From: Lama glama
Taxonomy: Eukaryota
Assembly (NCBI GenBank): GCA_028534125.1
Contig: CM052818.1
Coordinates: 31,000,001 to 31,064,000, forward strand
Direction: 5' to 3'
DNA: 64,000 nucleotides
Both the position numbers and the translations under genes were made by a program. Under the pieces are notes generated by a model, which was not told the DNA's origin, searched no databases, and saw only the letters and a list, made by a program, of their open reading frames with translations. Positions within the stretch are counted from its first letter, which is position 1; each line of letters opens with the position of its first letter. Shown in pieces: positions 39,590-51,693 of the stretch.

Positions 39590-39674
39590 GGTTTGACTGG
39601 AGCCTCCACTTCCAATGGGAGCAGCTCACACCAGAGCAGAAGGCACGGCGCCTGGACCCCACCGAGCCCATTAG
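39590..39674 (+). CDS. GALNT14: GALNT14 exon 8: (G)[27 protein letters not shown](R)
   Basis: gtgttttag| acceptor, TAG|gtaagt donor; 85 nt; GFDW.L.F.W motif. Confidence 0.97.
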
Positions 39675-40699
39675 GTAAGTCAAGGCAAGGGTAGGGTGGG
39701 CAGATTCATTACCACCTGGCCCTTCCCACTGTCACATAGTATAGGGAAGCAGTCCACATTAGATGCTCAGAATATTGGGCAGAAACCAAGAGGACCCTTT
39801 TTCAGGCCAGCACCACTTTTGCCCTTATTTTAGGAGGTTTCTGTCCTTGTAGAGACTTCTGCTGAAGGGAGTGGGGCCTGGCGGAGATGTGTGCTGAGGA
39901 GATGCCCAGCCTTGTCCACCCATGCACATGCCGTGATGTACTTATGCTTCCTGCTAGGTGTTGGAGGGTCCCAGTTGGTCCCGTTTGAGCCTCTGACAAG
40001 GGAAAAGGTGGTCCCTTAACCCCCAGGTCTTGAATGTCAGGATTCAGCCCAGGAAGGTTGAGTCAAGCATTGCTGTAAGTGGAGGCCAGTGTCAAGGCAT
40101 AGCCACTGCTACATCCTAACAAACATGACTGCTGGGTCCTGTGCGAGAACGTGGCAGGGGCATCAATCACTGGGCTGCTCTGGCGATGCTGTAGGTGGCT
40201 TTGTCCTGATCTACATTCTCGCGCTCAGTCCCCACTGTGACCTGCAGCACGTGTGGCAAGTTGGCCACCCGGAGTTCGGGACTATCTGAGGGCTTCTCTG
40301 TCCCCAGGGCGGGGTCCTCAGGGCAGGTTCTCTTCTGGGAATATCTCTCCTCATCAGAGAACAAGTGTTTGCCAGAATTGGGCCAATTCTCAAGGGACAG
40401 TAGGGTGTCGTGGCATCAGGAGGCTGAGCTTCTGACCCTCTCCCCTTCAACTAACAGTTTGACGTTGCAGAAAACTCTTTTAACCCCCTGGACCCACTGA
40501 ACAACAGGCCAGGTCCCTGAAGGCTCACGCCCCAACCCCAGCCATTGATTCTTCCAGATACATGTCCTTGTGCTTATCAGGTCATTTGGCTGGACTCCCC
40601 CAACCTTTCCTTTCCAAGTGGCTTCTCTGACTCTTTCTCGGCAGTCAAGGGGAGAGCAAGTTGAGATGAGACCCCAGGAAAAGAAAGTGAAGATGAGGC

Positions 40700-41085
40700 T
40701 GTGTTCCTTTACTAGCGCTGCTGCCACAAAGTAGGACAGACTGCGTGGCTTATACCACAGAGACATCTGGTCTCATGTTCTGGAGGCTGAAGGCCCAAGA
40801 TCGAGGTGTCGGCAGGGTTGTCCCTTCCGAGGGCTGTGCCAGGCTGCTCGCTTGGCTGGCAGATGGCCGTCTTCTCTGTGTCTCTTCCCATCATCTTCTC
40901 TCTGTGCATGTCTATCTCTGTGCCTGTGTCCCCTGTGACACCAGTCCTATTGGTTTAGGACCCACCCTAATGACCTCATTTTAACTTGATCACCTCTGTA
41001 AAGACCTCTCCAAATAAGGTCATGTTCTGAGTTCCTGGGGTTAGGACCTCAACACATTTTTCTGGGGGCATAACTCAATATCTAG
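40700..41085. mobile_element. MLT1A/MLT1B (MaLR) solo LTR
   Basis: ttctggaggctgaaggcccaagatcgaggtgtcggcaggg...gcagatggccgtcttctc...ggacccaccctaatgacctcattttaacttgatcacctctgtaaagacc...ggggttaggacctcaaca. Confidence 0.85.
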
Positions 41086-41552
41086 CAGAGGGGGAAAGAG
41101 GGGCAAAAAAGAGAAAGGCAAGTCTCAAGAAATGGATGTGCTGTTCACAGGTGCTGCCTCAGCCCCTCTTCTCTGCCTGGTCAGTGGCCGACTGTCCCCG
41201 CTGCCAATAGGGAGGCTCCCAGGAGAGCCCCACTGGGCAGGGCCTATGAGAGAGGCCGGGGGAGGCTACCCAGGCCCTCAGAACAGCCGGGGTTCTGAGC
41301 AAATCCCAGCCCCCCAGGGGAGATGTGCTGATGAGCAAATCAGCCCGTCTTCAAGGTCAGGAGATTTATAATCAAAGGGGAAAGCCCTGGGGTGAGTTCC
41401 TACTTGAGGTAAGTGGACAATGTATTGATCTTTATGAAGAAGAGCAGAAATAGGAAGAATATGGCCTTGAGGTCTGGACCACCAGTGCAGAAGAACGTGA
41501 CCACGGTCCCCCTCCCATGACTGATTCCCCTCTTTGCCTTCCAAATGCATAG

Positions 41553-41656
41553 GACTCCAATCATAGCTGGAGGGCTCTTTGTGATGGACAAATTCTGGTT
41601 TGACTACCTGGGGAAATATGACACGGACATGGACATCTGGGGCGGAGAGAACTTTG
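41553..41656 (+). CDS. GALNT14: GALNT14 exon 9: (R)[34 protein letters not shown](E)
   Basis: gcatag| acceptor, TTG|gtgagt donor; 104 nt; AGGLF and WGGEN Gal/GalNAc-T motifs. Confidence 0.98.
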
Positions 41657-42622
41657 GTGAGTTGCTGTCTCTGCAAGCTGGGGCTGGGGTGGGGGTCTCT
41701 GTGTCCTTGGACCACATGTGCCTGGGATGAGGGTCAGGGAGATGCGGAGCAAGTCAGTCCTTTGGGGGAAGGCCACGTGGGGCCAGAGGAGTGGTTGCCG
41801 GGAGAGCAGAGGTAAAGAGGGGATTTCTTCATGGGACAAGTGGATGCTGAGGACCGGGGAAGCACGCCCAGGGGGACCATCAGGGGAAAGTTGAGATGCA
41901 AAAGTCAGGAAGACCAACGAGGGGCGCCAAGTCCAAGGGCCAGAGGCAGGCTTCAGTTAGGAGTACTAAACTTGGGAATTTGGAGTTGGAAGGAGACTGG
42001 GGATAAAAAGGATGAGGAGGAGGATGGACAGCAACACCGTTAACATCTGGATCACATGTTGGCGACTCTAGCCACATCGCCCTGCATTGGGTTGATGAGG
42101 AAGTCTGGGTGAATGCTGCAGAAACCCTAGGGGCGTTTCACCCTAATCTTTTAGTGCAGAGAAAGTGGTGGGGGTGGGAGGCTGGATTACAGGTTCCAGA
42201 ACAGTGCTAGCAGGTGGCCCAGTGTGGTCGCAGTGGTGTTGGGCTGCCATTTGCAGCTATGGGAGAAAGTACAGTCAGAGACCTGCTCGATCTAACCAGT
42301 GACACTGACCTACCCTCCAGCTTCCTCGTGTGTTAAAAGTATCACTCGGGGATGCTGCTTGGGGTTGCTGTGGAAATCCATTCAGATGTCTGTAAAACTC
42401 CAGCACCATATGGGCACAGTGTTAGTTACCTCTCCCTCCGTCCAGCAGGGGAGACCTAAGAGATGACTCACATATAAGCTGCACAAGGGCAGGGATTTGG
42501 TCTGTTTTGTTCCCGGCTGTCTCCAGTGCTCAGTATGGTGCCTGCTGCAAGGGAGACTTCAGTATCTGTTGAGTAAACCACAGAAGAGGAAGAGTCCGGA
42601 GTGTCAGCGCCCCTTCCCATCT

Positions 42623-42676
42623 CTGGGCACCAGGGAACGCGTTTGGACTGGGCACCAGGGAGCGCATTTGGACTGG
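42623..42676. repeat. 25-bp tandem duplication (2 copies, 2 mismatches)
   Basis: CTGGGCACCAGGGAACGCGTTTGGA / CTGGGCACCAGGGAGCGCATTTGGA, followed by CTGG. Confidence 0.9.
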
Positions 42677-44434
42677 CCCCCCGAGCAGCCGGCAGGCCAG
42701 GAGAATGATCCATGAGGCTTGCCCGGCATTTAGTGGTAATCCCATACGTTGTCCTCTGCCACTGTTTTCGTCTGTCCCTGCCTCCGGGATGCTTTATGGC
42801 TTTCTTCCTCGGTCGCTAAGAGTTATTTCCTGGAAATTTATGACTGTTGGCCTGACCCACAGCATCTGTTCTCCCAAACTGGGCAGTGTAGGGAAATCCA
42901 TCAGAAAAGTCCATCTCCTGCCATTCAGGGGCTGGCTTGGAAGCTCGGGAATCAGAGCAGAAAACCCCAACACCCATGAACAAAACCCTGAGACTCAGTC
43001 CAGGGATGCGACGGGGGTCTTTGGTGTGTCTGAGGAGGAATCTGCCTGTACCGGCCCAGGAGAACCTGGAGCCAGGTATGCCCTTGACTTCCTCAATGGG
43101 GATGAGATTTCTCTGTTTCTGGGCATCTTCCTTCGTGATCTACTCTCACATTTCCTCCCATCTGTTGAAGCCTTTTCTGCAGCCCTTTGGAGAGACAGGC
43201 GCCGTCCACTCTCTGCTTGAACTAACACTGCTTACGATGATGGGTTTGCTGCTCCACAGTTCGGCACATTCTGCCGTTGAGAATTTTCATGTCGAGTGGT
43301 TAGAAAATTCTTCTAAGTCCCAGCCCAGCTTCCATCCTTCAGGCCTCGTTCTCCCCTCTTGAGCCACGCAGAGTGCACGTGCTTCTTCCCCGCAGCAGCC
43401 CAGGGGGATTCAGGCACCACACTGTTATTCATGATGTCACATTCTGGTCCAGTCCACCAGTATCTTCTCTCTATAGCCATGTTGACACACATCTCACATC
43501 CAAGGGCCATCTCCTCTAGTTGGCTTCCCGGTCGTTTGGCATTAACAAGTGCTGATTGGAACAGGGAGGTTGGGAGGGGCTCCTGGGGGTGTGTGACAAT
43601 CCACAAATTTTTTTTAATCACAAAAAAAAAGCACTGCAGACAGCTCTCACAGGGAACACTGTTTCCTCCAGTTCCAACGTTCCATTATGCTACAGCCAGC
43701 TTCCAGCATTTTGAAGGCCAATTCTGAATTTTTGTTGTTGTTGTTGTTTAGTGTTTTCAGTGGTGGGTATATCATGTGGACAGTGTCAGTTCTGCAGGTG
43801 AGGATCAGGGCTTTGGAGAGTGATGCTTCAGCTGCACAGGACAGAGGGTGCTGAGGGGTGGAGGGACTTCACTTTAGAATAAAGAGATCCCAACTCCAGT
43901 GTGCAGCAAGAGGACCCCTGGCCCCCAAGTCACCAAGTCTTGAAGATCCTCTCCCTTTAGCATTCACTCACTTCCATCCCTCTCTACATCCCCGAAATGG
44001 TTCTCCATCTCAAGTCTGCTCCCCTCTAAGCCATCCCCCACACTCCTGCCAAAGTGCTCTCTTGGAAATACAGGTCTCTCCCACCCTCCCGGGCCTGGCA
44101 GCTCCCGGTGGCTCCTTCCTGTCCTAGGGACGAGTTCCCCATTCCTCAGTTGGGTGCCTCGTTGGCCTTGCCCACTTCCCCAGCCTTCAGTCCAGAGGCA
44201 CTGCCAGCCCCTCCTGCACTTCCCAGATGCATCCAGCCACCTGTGGAGACCTGGCCAAGTGCTGGATGGCCACAGGGCACAGCTCTGGATCGCCCTCACC
44301 TCCCCCAGGACTAGGACCTGCCTGCCCTCTGCCCACCCCCTCAGCACCCCACTCTCCTCTCTACTCCAACGATGGGCCTTCTCATGTATTTGTCTGCTTT
44401 TCTTTCTGTGCCTACCACCCTCCACCCACTAAAC

Positions 44435-44690
44435 CTGGTTTGAGGATGGAGGGGGCAGCGTGGAAGTGGCAGAGGCTCCTGGCCTACAGACAGCGAGGAA
44501 GAGGGACGGTGAGGGCAAGGAACTGGGTTCTACAAACAACCTGAATGAACCTGAAAGCTTCTGAGCCCCCAGAAAGGAACCCTCTCTTGTTGACATCTTG
44601 ATTTTTGGCCTTGGGAGACCCTCCGGTGAGGGCCCAACACTAGGCTGGTGTGGTGATTTATTCCAGCAGCAGTAGAAACAGTTACACTCA
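44435..44690. mobile_element. MLT1-family LTR fragment
   Basis: aacaacctgaatgaacctgaaag...agcccccagaaaggaac...gacatcttgatttttggccttgggagacc...tggtgatttattccagcagcagtagaaac. Confidence 0.7.
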
Positions 44691-46731
44691 CAGGCCTCTG
44701 TGAAGATTAATGAGGCCCCGTGCAGAGGCCCTACTTCCCCTTCAGGCTGCGTGCCAGCAGGTTTGTTAGAGGAGCGCAGTGTTGGGCCCTCGGGAGCAGT
44801 GGGTCCCTCCTACTTTCTCTTTCAGCCTCAGCCTTTCCAGGTTCAGTGGCTCAAGATGAGAGAAATGGCCTCCCCTGAGAAGAGCTCCGAGTCTGATGAA
44901 GAGTCATCTTCTCCCCCTGAATGGGGCTGCTTGCTAAGCCCAGGCCCAGGTGCGATCTCGTGAGGCCATGCTTCCCACAGGGCCTATGGAGCTGTCCAGA
45001 GCACTGCCACGACACTCTATCAGACGACCCGTGGCCACCACGGTGGGCTGGTGGTCACTGCGTGTTCAAGTTAGGGGCCTGGGTGCCATCTTGATTATCT
45101 CAGATGGTGTGAAACACAGTTTTGCTCACAGGTTCAAGGCTGTCCTTTGTGGGTCAGTAAGATTGTCTCTTCTTGAGTCCATGTACTCATTAAAAAATAA
45201 TAGAGCTTTCTGGCCCAGGAGGCCCTGAGAATGTAAAGGTTATTGAAGGAAAAACCATGTCACCACATTTGTATGTGTGGACTTAGGAGTAACAACAGCT
45301 GGATGTCTGTCTCTTTCTGCCCATCACTGTCCCATCCAGTCCCTTTGTTCTCAATGTTTTGCAGTGTGGCCAGAGGTAGAGTGGATAATGCTGTGTAGAC
45401 AATGGATATCTGTACCCGGGACATGAGGCTCCACTGAGAACGGGGCCCACTGCCTTCAGTGGAGTCTGTGCCTAGTGCTCCATTTGCCTTTGTCTAGAAA
45501 CCAGGCTCTAAAGGAAGCCCGAACCTTGACCAGATGGCTGACAAGTGGCATGTGAATAGCTGTGATTCGGTGCCTGGGAAGGAAGTTGTCCCCTCTCCCC
45601 TGAATTCTTGTCTACGGTTTGTCAAGTAGATGTTGGTTGTGGCGAAGGACCAGGGGCTTATGAGCGCTGGTAAAACTGCTGATGGGTTGCTAAGAAGACA
45701 GAAGGAAGGAGCTGAGTTACAGAGGGTGGGGAGGCCAGTTTGCTCTCAATTATTAATCTGAAGTTGAAAGAAAATCAGAATGTAACAGTGCCCCCAATGA
45801 GGATGGAATAATTACACATCTCTCTGCCTGGAATTCAAAGTGGATTTGGGTCTGTGTGACATTCATCACCAGGGACATTACGTGGGTGCTGAGTCAGCGG
45901 GAACCCCCTACAAACTCCCTGCATCGTCTTTTTGCTCCTTCACATAAGAAAGTGATGACTCTGCAGGAGCTGTGGACTTGGAGGGTGGAGGGTCTGGGCT
46001 GTACCTGGAAGGCCCACTGCCTTCCCCCTTGGTCTACAGCCATTCTGACGTACAAGGCTCCAGGTTCTAGGGCCTCTGGATCACAAAACCTTCCCAGAGG
46101 CCTCAGCATGTATCTACAAATCACTGGGCAGTCCTGGGAGGGTACATGTCGTTATCCTGAAGTCAGTGGTGTAGATGTGAGTAGGGCAACTCTCTGTCCT
46201 AGGTTTTAAGTATTCCACACTGCAGTCATGCCGCTGATCTGAACACCCCAACTTCATCACCCAGACTGCCTTGACCCTGGCCACAGCACAGTGAGACAAA
46301 CGTTTCAGATCACCTTGGTTAGGACAATCTAAACTCCAGAGCTGAGAAGCTCTTACTGCATCTCAGGCTGCTGGCTCCTGTGGGCAATGTCAGCTGGCCT
46401 GAAGGCGAGCTGGGACAGACAGTTGTTAGTACTGGCTGAAGGAGTGGAGGAGATAGAAATGTGACAGCTGGTTATAGATCTTTCTCTCTTGTTATCCTGT
46501 GGTGTCTTGAAGTCAGCATCTTTGTATCCACAGCCATATTGGCTGATGGTGGGTGTTCAGCACTGAGAGAGGTGGAATCAGGGCAAGGGCTTGAGTTCTA
46601 GAGTTGGGGGGATGTGCTTCAGTTTCCAGCTACCTGCTGTCAGCTGTCCTATCAGAACTCCTTCTACATCGTAAAATAACACCAACAAACATGGGTGGGG
46701 TTGTGAGGATGGCTAAGTTACCGCCCCAGAG

Positions 46732-46767
46732 AGGACCAGACAAAGCCCAGGACCAGACAAAGCCCAG
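46732..46767. repeat. Perfect 17-bp tandem duplication
   Basis: AGGACCAGACAAAGCCC x2, followed by AG. Confidence 0.9.
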
Positions 46768-49539
46768 CCCAGGAGTATATGAAGGGGTCATTCCTCCCAC
46801 AGTTCATGTTTGCAGAACTAAGATACTCTGAAGTTGCAAAGCACAGACACAGGAAATCGAGGGGGAAGGACAGTTTTCAAGGCGGAAGAGAGTAGGCAGG
46901 CTGTAACACGGTATGAGAGGTTGCTGATGGGGGTAGAAGATGTATTGCATCTCAGGGCATCCAGTGCACCTCGACAGAACACAAGGCAGCCACAGAAGTC
47001 CGTGCTGGAGACCAGAGGAGAGCTGGGGCTGGCGGGATGGGGGTGAGCCCCTAGCATCAAGTGAATGTCAGGGTGAGATGAGGAAGCAGTGTCAGTAAGA
47101 CACTCAGAGACAGAGTCTTGGGGTGAAGAATGCCAGGAGCCCATGAGAAGATGGAGAAGGACCAGAGTCAGGGGACCATACTTTTCCACAGTGGGGCCTG
47201 TACATGACTGTGGCAGAGGGGAGAGGGGGCCAACAGATTCAGAGAGAAGCAAAATTCTGGGCCAAGGAAGCACAGGGAGAGAAACAGGTTTCAGGGGTGT
47301 TGTTGGGGGTGGATTGAGGCACAAGTTGGAGGGATTTGCTCTGCAAATGAGGAGGGACATATGTCTCATTTGAATACGTGAAAGGAAAAGACCGTGGCTG
47401 CAGCATATGCATATTTTTGGAGGAAAGCTGGCACAAAATTCATAGGTTATATTCAGTAAGCAAGGCCTCCATCTCTAGTTTTGAGGAATGAGAGGGCTTT
47501 CCTTTTGGGGAATGGGAGCAGACGTTGTTTTGAGATCCCAGAAAGGAGTTGACTGGAGCACAGTAGGCCTTAGACCTGGAGACTCAGTTGACACACATCC
47601 AATCATAATTCCCTGCAGCAACCCCATCAGCCCCTCAGTGCACCCCTGCGAGAGGGAGAGGTGGGCACTGGCAGCCAGCTGAACTCACTCACTGTCTCCC
47701 GCAAACACCAAGCTGGGACCCACGATTCCAGTGATGCCCCAGCCAAACGCCAGGTCGCCATGTGTCACAGACCTTTATGGAGGGTCAAAATCTCCAGCGT
47801 TGTGTCCACAAATTTCAAGCGCCCCCTGTGGCAGAAGCAGGAAGCTGTAAATGGTCTAGGAAGTTGGAAGTGGGCATAGGTAGGCGATGCCATCGGCATC
47901 CACATCTTAAAGAGACTGGCTTCAGATGAGTGTTTCACAGTTGTCACTGCTCTTTCAATCACACTTAAGAGTTTTCACAATTGTTCTTGAAAATTCTGTT
48001 TCATTTGATGTCAACAGCCATCCTGCAGAGTAATTTTATGCTCTTCATTTGACAAAACCCAGCCTCAGTGATGTCAAGCAGGTTTCCCCAGGGATGCAGC
48101 TAGTGGGTTACTGCAGACTTGGGGCCATTGACCCCAAAGCCAAAGGTCTTCCCGTGTCTCCCTGCCAACTCCATGTTCTTGCCAGCATTTGGTAGCAGTC
48201 TTGAGACGTCCTTTCTTCATCCTAGTGGACATGTTGCCCCCACTCTGAGGGAAATCCACGCTCGCTGGCAATGAGCTGTAGCCTGTTTGGGAGAGCACCT
48301 GGGCAGGCAGGCGGAGTATAGGTGTCAAGGAAGCCCTGCCTGCAGCTCAGGGGCTTTTGCAGGGACACGGGGCAGGCGGCAGAAGGGGACAAAAAAGGGG
48401 CTGAGGACAGGTGAGTGGGAGAGCAGGTGAGGATCAGGATGAAGAATTTGTGTCCAAGCACTTGCTGGGGGAGTTGGGATGAAGGGAGACAGAGAGCAGG
48501 AAGTGGGAGGGACACAGGATGAAAGAGAGGACCCTGGAGCAGAAACCCAGGGAGGTGGGGCCCAAGGTGCTGGGGGTGCAGGGCAGTATGCGGTGGGATG
48601 GCGCTGGAATCCCCGCTTCCTCATTCCCTACTTGTGGACCCCCCAGCTCACTTCTCGGGCCCCCGCCCACTTCCAGGGCAGTCACCTACAGGCATTGGTT
48701 TTTCCTGAGCCAGCCTGTCCTCATACTTGAGCTTCACTGCAGAAGCTTTTCCCACCAGTGGCATATCCAGGGGGTGTGGGAAGCAGCCTGCCCTGGGTGC
48801 AGTCAGTAAGGGGATGCAGGTGCAGAGAAGTTACAAGCAATAATAAATCCACGGAACAGTCGTTCAGCAATTCTAAACAATGGCAATGATAAGATCGTCC
48901 CCCATCACCTTGGTATTCCACTGCTTCCTCTGGGAGCAGAACCGCTGCTCCTAGCCTGCAGTAAGCATCCCCAAGGGAGAAATGCACATGCCTGCCTCCC
49001 CAGCCACCTCGGCTAACACCACCCCGCGGCAGCAGCCAACCAGGAAAAAATGAGTGTGTGGAGAATCCCCACCCAGGGAAGCACCCCCAGCAACAGCTTT
49101 GAGGCTTCCAGCACTTTTTATGTTGCTCGCAGCTCTAGGCTACGGCCTAGACTTCCTTCTCCAGGATGGCATTCAGGTGCCGTTGCGGGAGGCAGAATTG
49201 CAGTCGCAGCATTGGGAGGAACTGTCCTGGACACCTTGTGCAGGTGCCTCCTGGGAACTGGTCCTCTGTGTCGCATCCTGACCAGGTGACTCTCTAGCCT
49301 GTCTGGATGGCAAACACACTGACTATGACAGCCTCTTCTATCTGGACCTTGCCCGTCAGAAAATTCTCCCTAGTCTAATGGAAATTCTTCGTCCTCGGTC
49401 CTGGGTCTAATCCTCTGAGGTCATTCGAGCGAGTCCAATCCATGTTCCACACTGAAGCCTTACACGTGTTCATAAGCAGGTCTGTCACTGCCCCCAGGCT
49501 TCTCTGTTCCAGGCTAAAGCATCACACCTGACCATGCTG

Positions 49540-50225
49540 GCCCCTGAGTGTTGCCGAGGCGTAAGCACGGCCCTTCACGAGGGCGGGGACGTAAGGCGTT
49601 TAGATACGTGCTCCTCCGCGGCGACCACTGCCGTGTGAACGCAAACCGCCCTCCCAGGTGTGAGTTATTACCAGCCGCGTTGCAGGCTGGGAAACCGAGT
49701 TCGCCCCGCCCGCGGAGCACGCCCTCCGGCAGCGGAGGCGGCGCGGAAGCCCGGCGCCCGAGGCCGGGCGCAGCAGGCCCTCCCCGCTCCCCTCGACCTG
49801 GCGCCCGGTGTCGGGAAGCTGCCATCCTGTGTCCCCTCTGTCCGGGAGGCAGAGCAGTGATGGCGGGGTGCGTGGCTGTCCTGCAGAAATCTCCTTCAGA
49901 GTGTGGATGTGCGGGGGCAGCCTAGAGATCGTGCCCTGCAGCCGAGTGGGCCACGTCTTCCGGAAGAAGCACCCTTATGTTTTCCCGGATGGAAACGCCA
50001 ACACGTACATAAAGTAAGGGGGCGTCGCAGGGGCTCCATGGGGGCGGCCGTGGCCGAGGGCTTTTGTGGTGACGGGTTGTGGTTGTCCCGGGGCCTCTGG
50101 TAGGCTGCCTGAGTGTTCTGGGGGGGTGGGGGTGGTGTGTCACGCCCGCTCGGCCTCTGCCTCAGCTGCGGAGGCCTGGCCTGTCTCTCCGGCTTTAGGC
50201 TGCAGGCTCCGCGTCTGTTCTCCCT
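49540..50225. promoter_or_regulatory. Intragenic CpG island spanning the end of intron 9 and exon 10
   Basis: Sharp local rise in GC and CpG (e.g. cgccccgcccgcggagcacgccctccggcagcggaggcggcgcggaagcccggcgcccg) against a CpG-depleted background; GC box CCCCGCCC near 49704-49711. Confidence 0.8.
49887..50013 (+). CDS. GALNT14: GALNT14 exon 10: (E)[41 protein letters not shown](K)
   Basis: cctgcag| acceptor, TAAA|gtaagg donor; 127 nt; [10 protein letters not shown] motif (metal-binding His, flexible loop). Confidence 0.98.
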
Positions 50226-51600
50226 GGGTGGCTTCCTCCAGACTTGACAAGGCCCCATGTGTGGCCTCCGGGGCTTCAAGTCACGCTGTCTTGCAGGGCT
50301 CAGTGCTCCGAGAGTTTGGGGTTATTCAGGGTGGGGGAAGGGCGGCCGGTTTTTGCCGCTGAATTCCAGAAGGTCTGCTACTCCTGCCTTCAGGCTGGGT
50401 TGGCAGGGGAAAGGCCCTTGGGAAGATTCGGGAATAGGGACTGGGGACAAGTGGATCCAGCCTACGTGCCAGTGCACAGGAGGGGCCAGGCTTGGGGAGG
50501 GCCTGCGGCCCTGGGCTCCTTGCCGGGAAACAGGACTCAGTGACTCAGCGGTGCCCGTGCCCCCTCCCTCCCTTTTCTTTGGCGTGATTTCTCCCGTTGA
50601 TTTCCCCCTTGGCCTTTTTTTCTCTTATTTGGTCCGTTTGAGGGAGGAGCCAAGCACCTCTTTGGGGCTTTTCTCCTGGGCTGTCTCTCTCCTCCCTGGA
50701 TGGACAGGTTGGGGGGGGGGGGACTGTGGGAGGGATAACACCGTGGTGGGCAGGGCAGGGCCATGAGGACCCAGGCGGCAGAACGGGGAACAAAGGGAGG
50801 GCCGCCTGGGCTCTGGGCTTTTTAAAGGGAAAGGTGAGCTGAGGACACCTGGTGTAGGCAAGTGGTGGGGCCATGATGTGAAATGGGGCCAGTCTAGATG
50901 TGAGGGGGCAGAGCCTTGGGCTCTAGAACATTCCTTGTATTTGAGACTGGGGCCTGGCCAGGGGGCATCCTACACACCACCAGTGGGTCATTGGGAGGTG
51001 AGGGAGATGTGGGGCATGTCAGATTGGGGTTGGTTAGGCCAGTGGAAGGAGCTGGCAAAACATCTGACCAAGATGGTGTGGTGGTTACCTAATCCTCTAC
51101 ACCTGCACCAAGCTAATTCCCTGCCTGTGGGAAGACCCAGTGTGACCTTCCCCTTGGACAGCTGGGCCCTCAGCTCGAGGGGAGACACCTGGAGCTGGAG
51201 CCACAGCCTATGGGCGGCCAGAGACTGTCAACATTCTCTGCTTGTACTCCCACCAAAGGGATGCCCCAGGTTCTCCTGGCTTTTTCCTCCCTGTGGTTTT
51301 TTTTTTTTTTTAATTTCTTTGTCGAGCGCCATAGAAGTCCAATTTCTGGTGTAATTTCTCTAGTCTGTACCTTTTGGGAAAGAATACATCGTGACTACTG
51401 AAATTCTGTGTCTTGGGGTACAGGCCCCTTTGGACTTGGTGGACGTGGCTAGGCTCAGCACTCTGGGGAGACTAGCACTACTGGACTGTGGTAGCCCCCA
51501 CCTGGGTGACACTGCTAGCTTGCCGAGTGTGTGTATTTTACCTGGATGCGTCCCAGCTCCCTCTCAGATGGCCCCTCCCCGACACCTCCTGTCTCCCCAG

Positions 51601-51693
51601 GAACACCAAGCGGACAGCCGAAGTGTGGATGGATGAATACAAACAGTACTATTATGCATCCCGGCCATTCGCCCTGGAGAGACCCTTTGGAAA
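51601..51693 (+). CDS. GALNT14: GALNT14 exon 11: (K)[30 protein letters not shown](N)
   Basis: tctccccag| acceptor, GAAA|gtaagt donor; 93 nt; AEVWMDEY motif. Confidence 0.97.
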
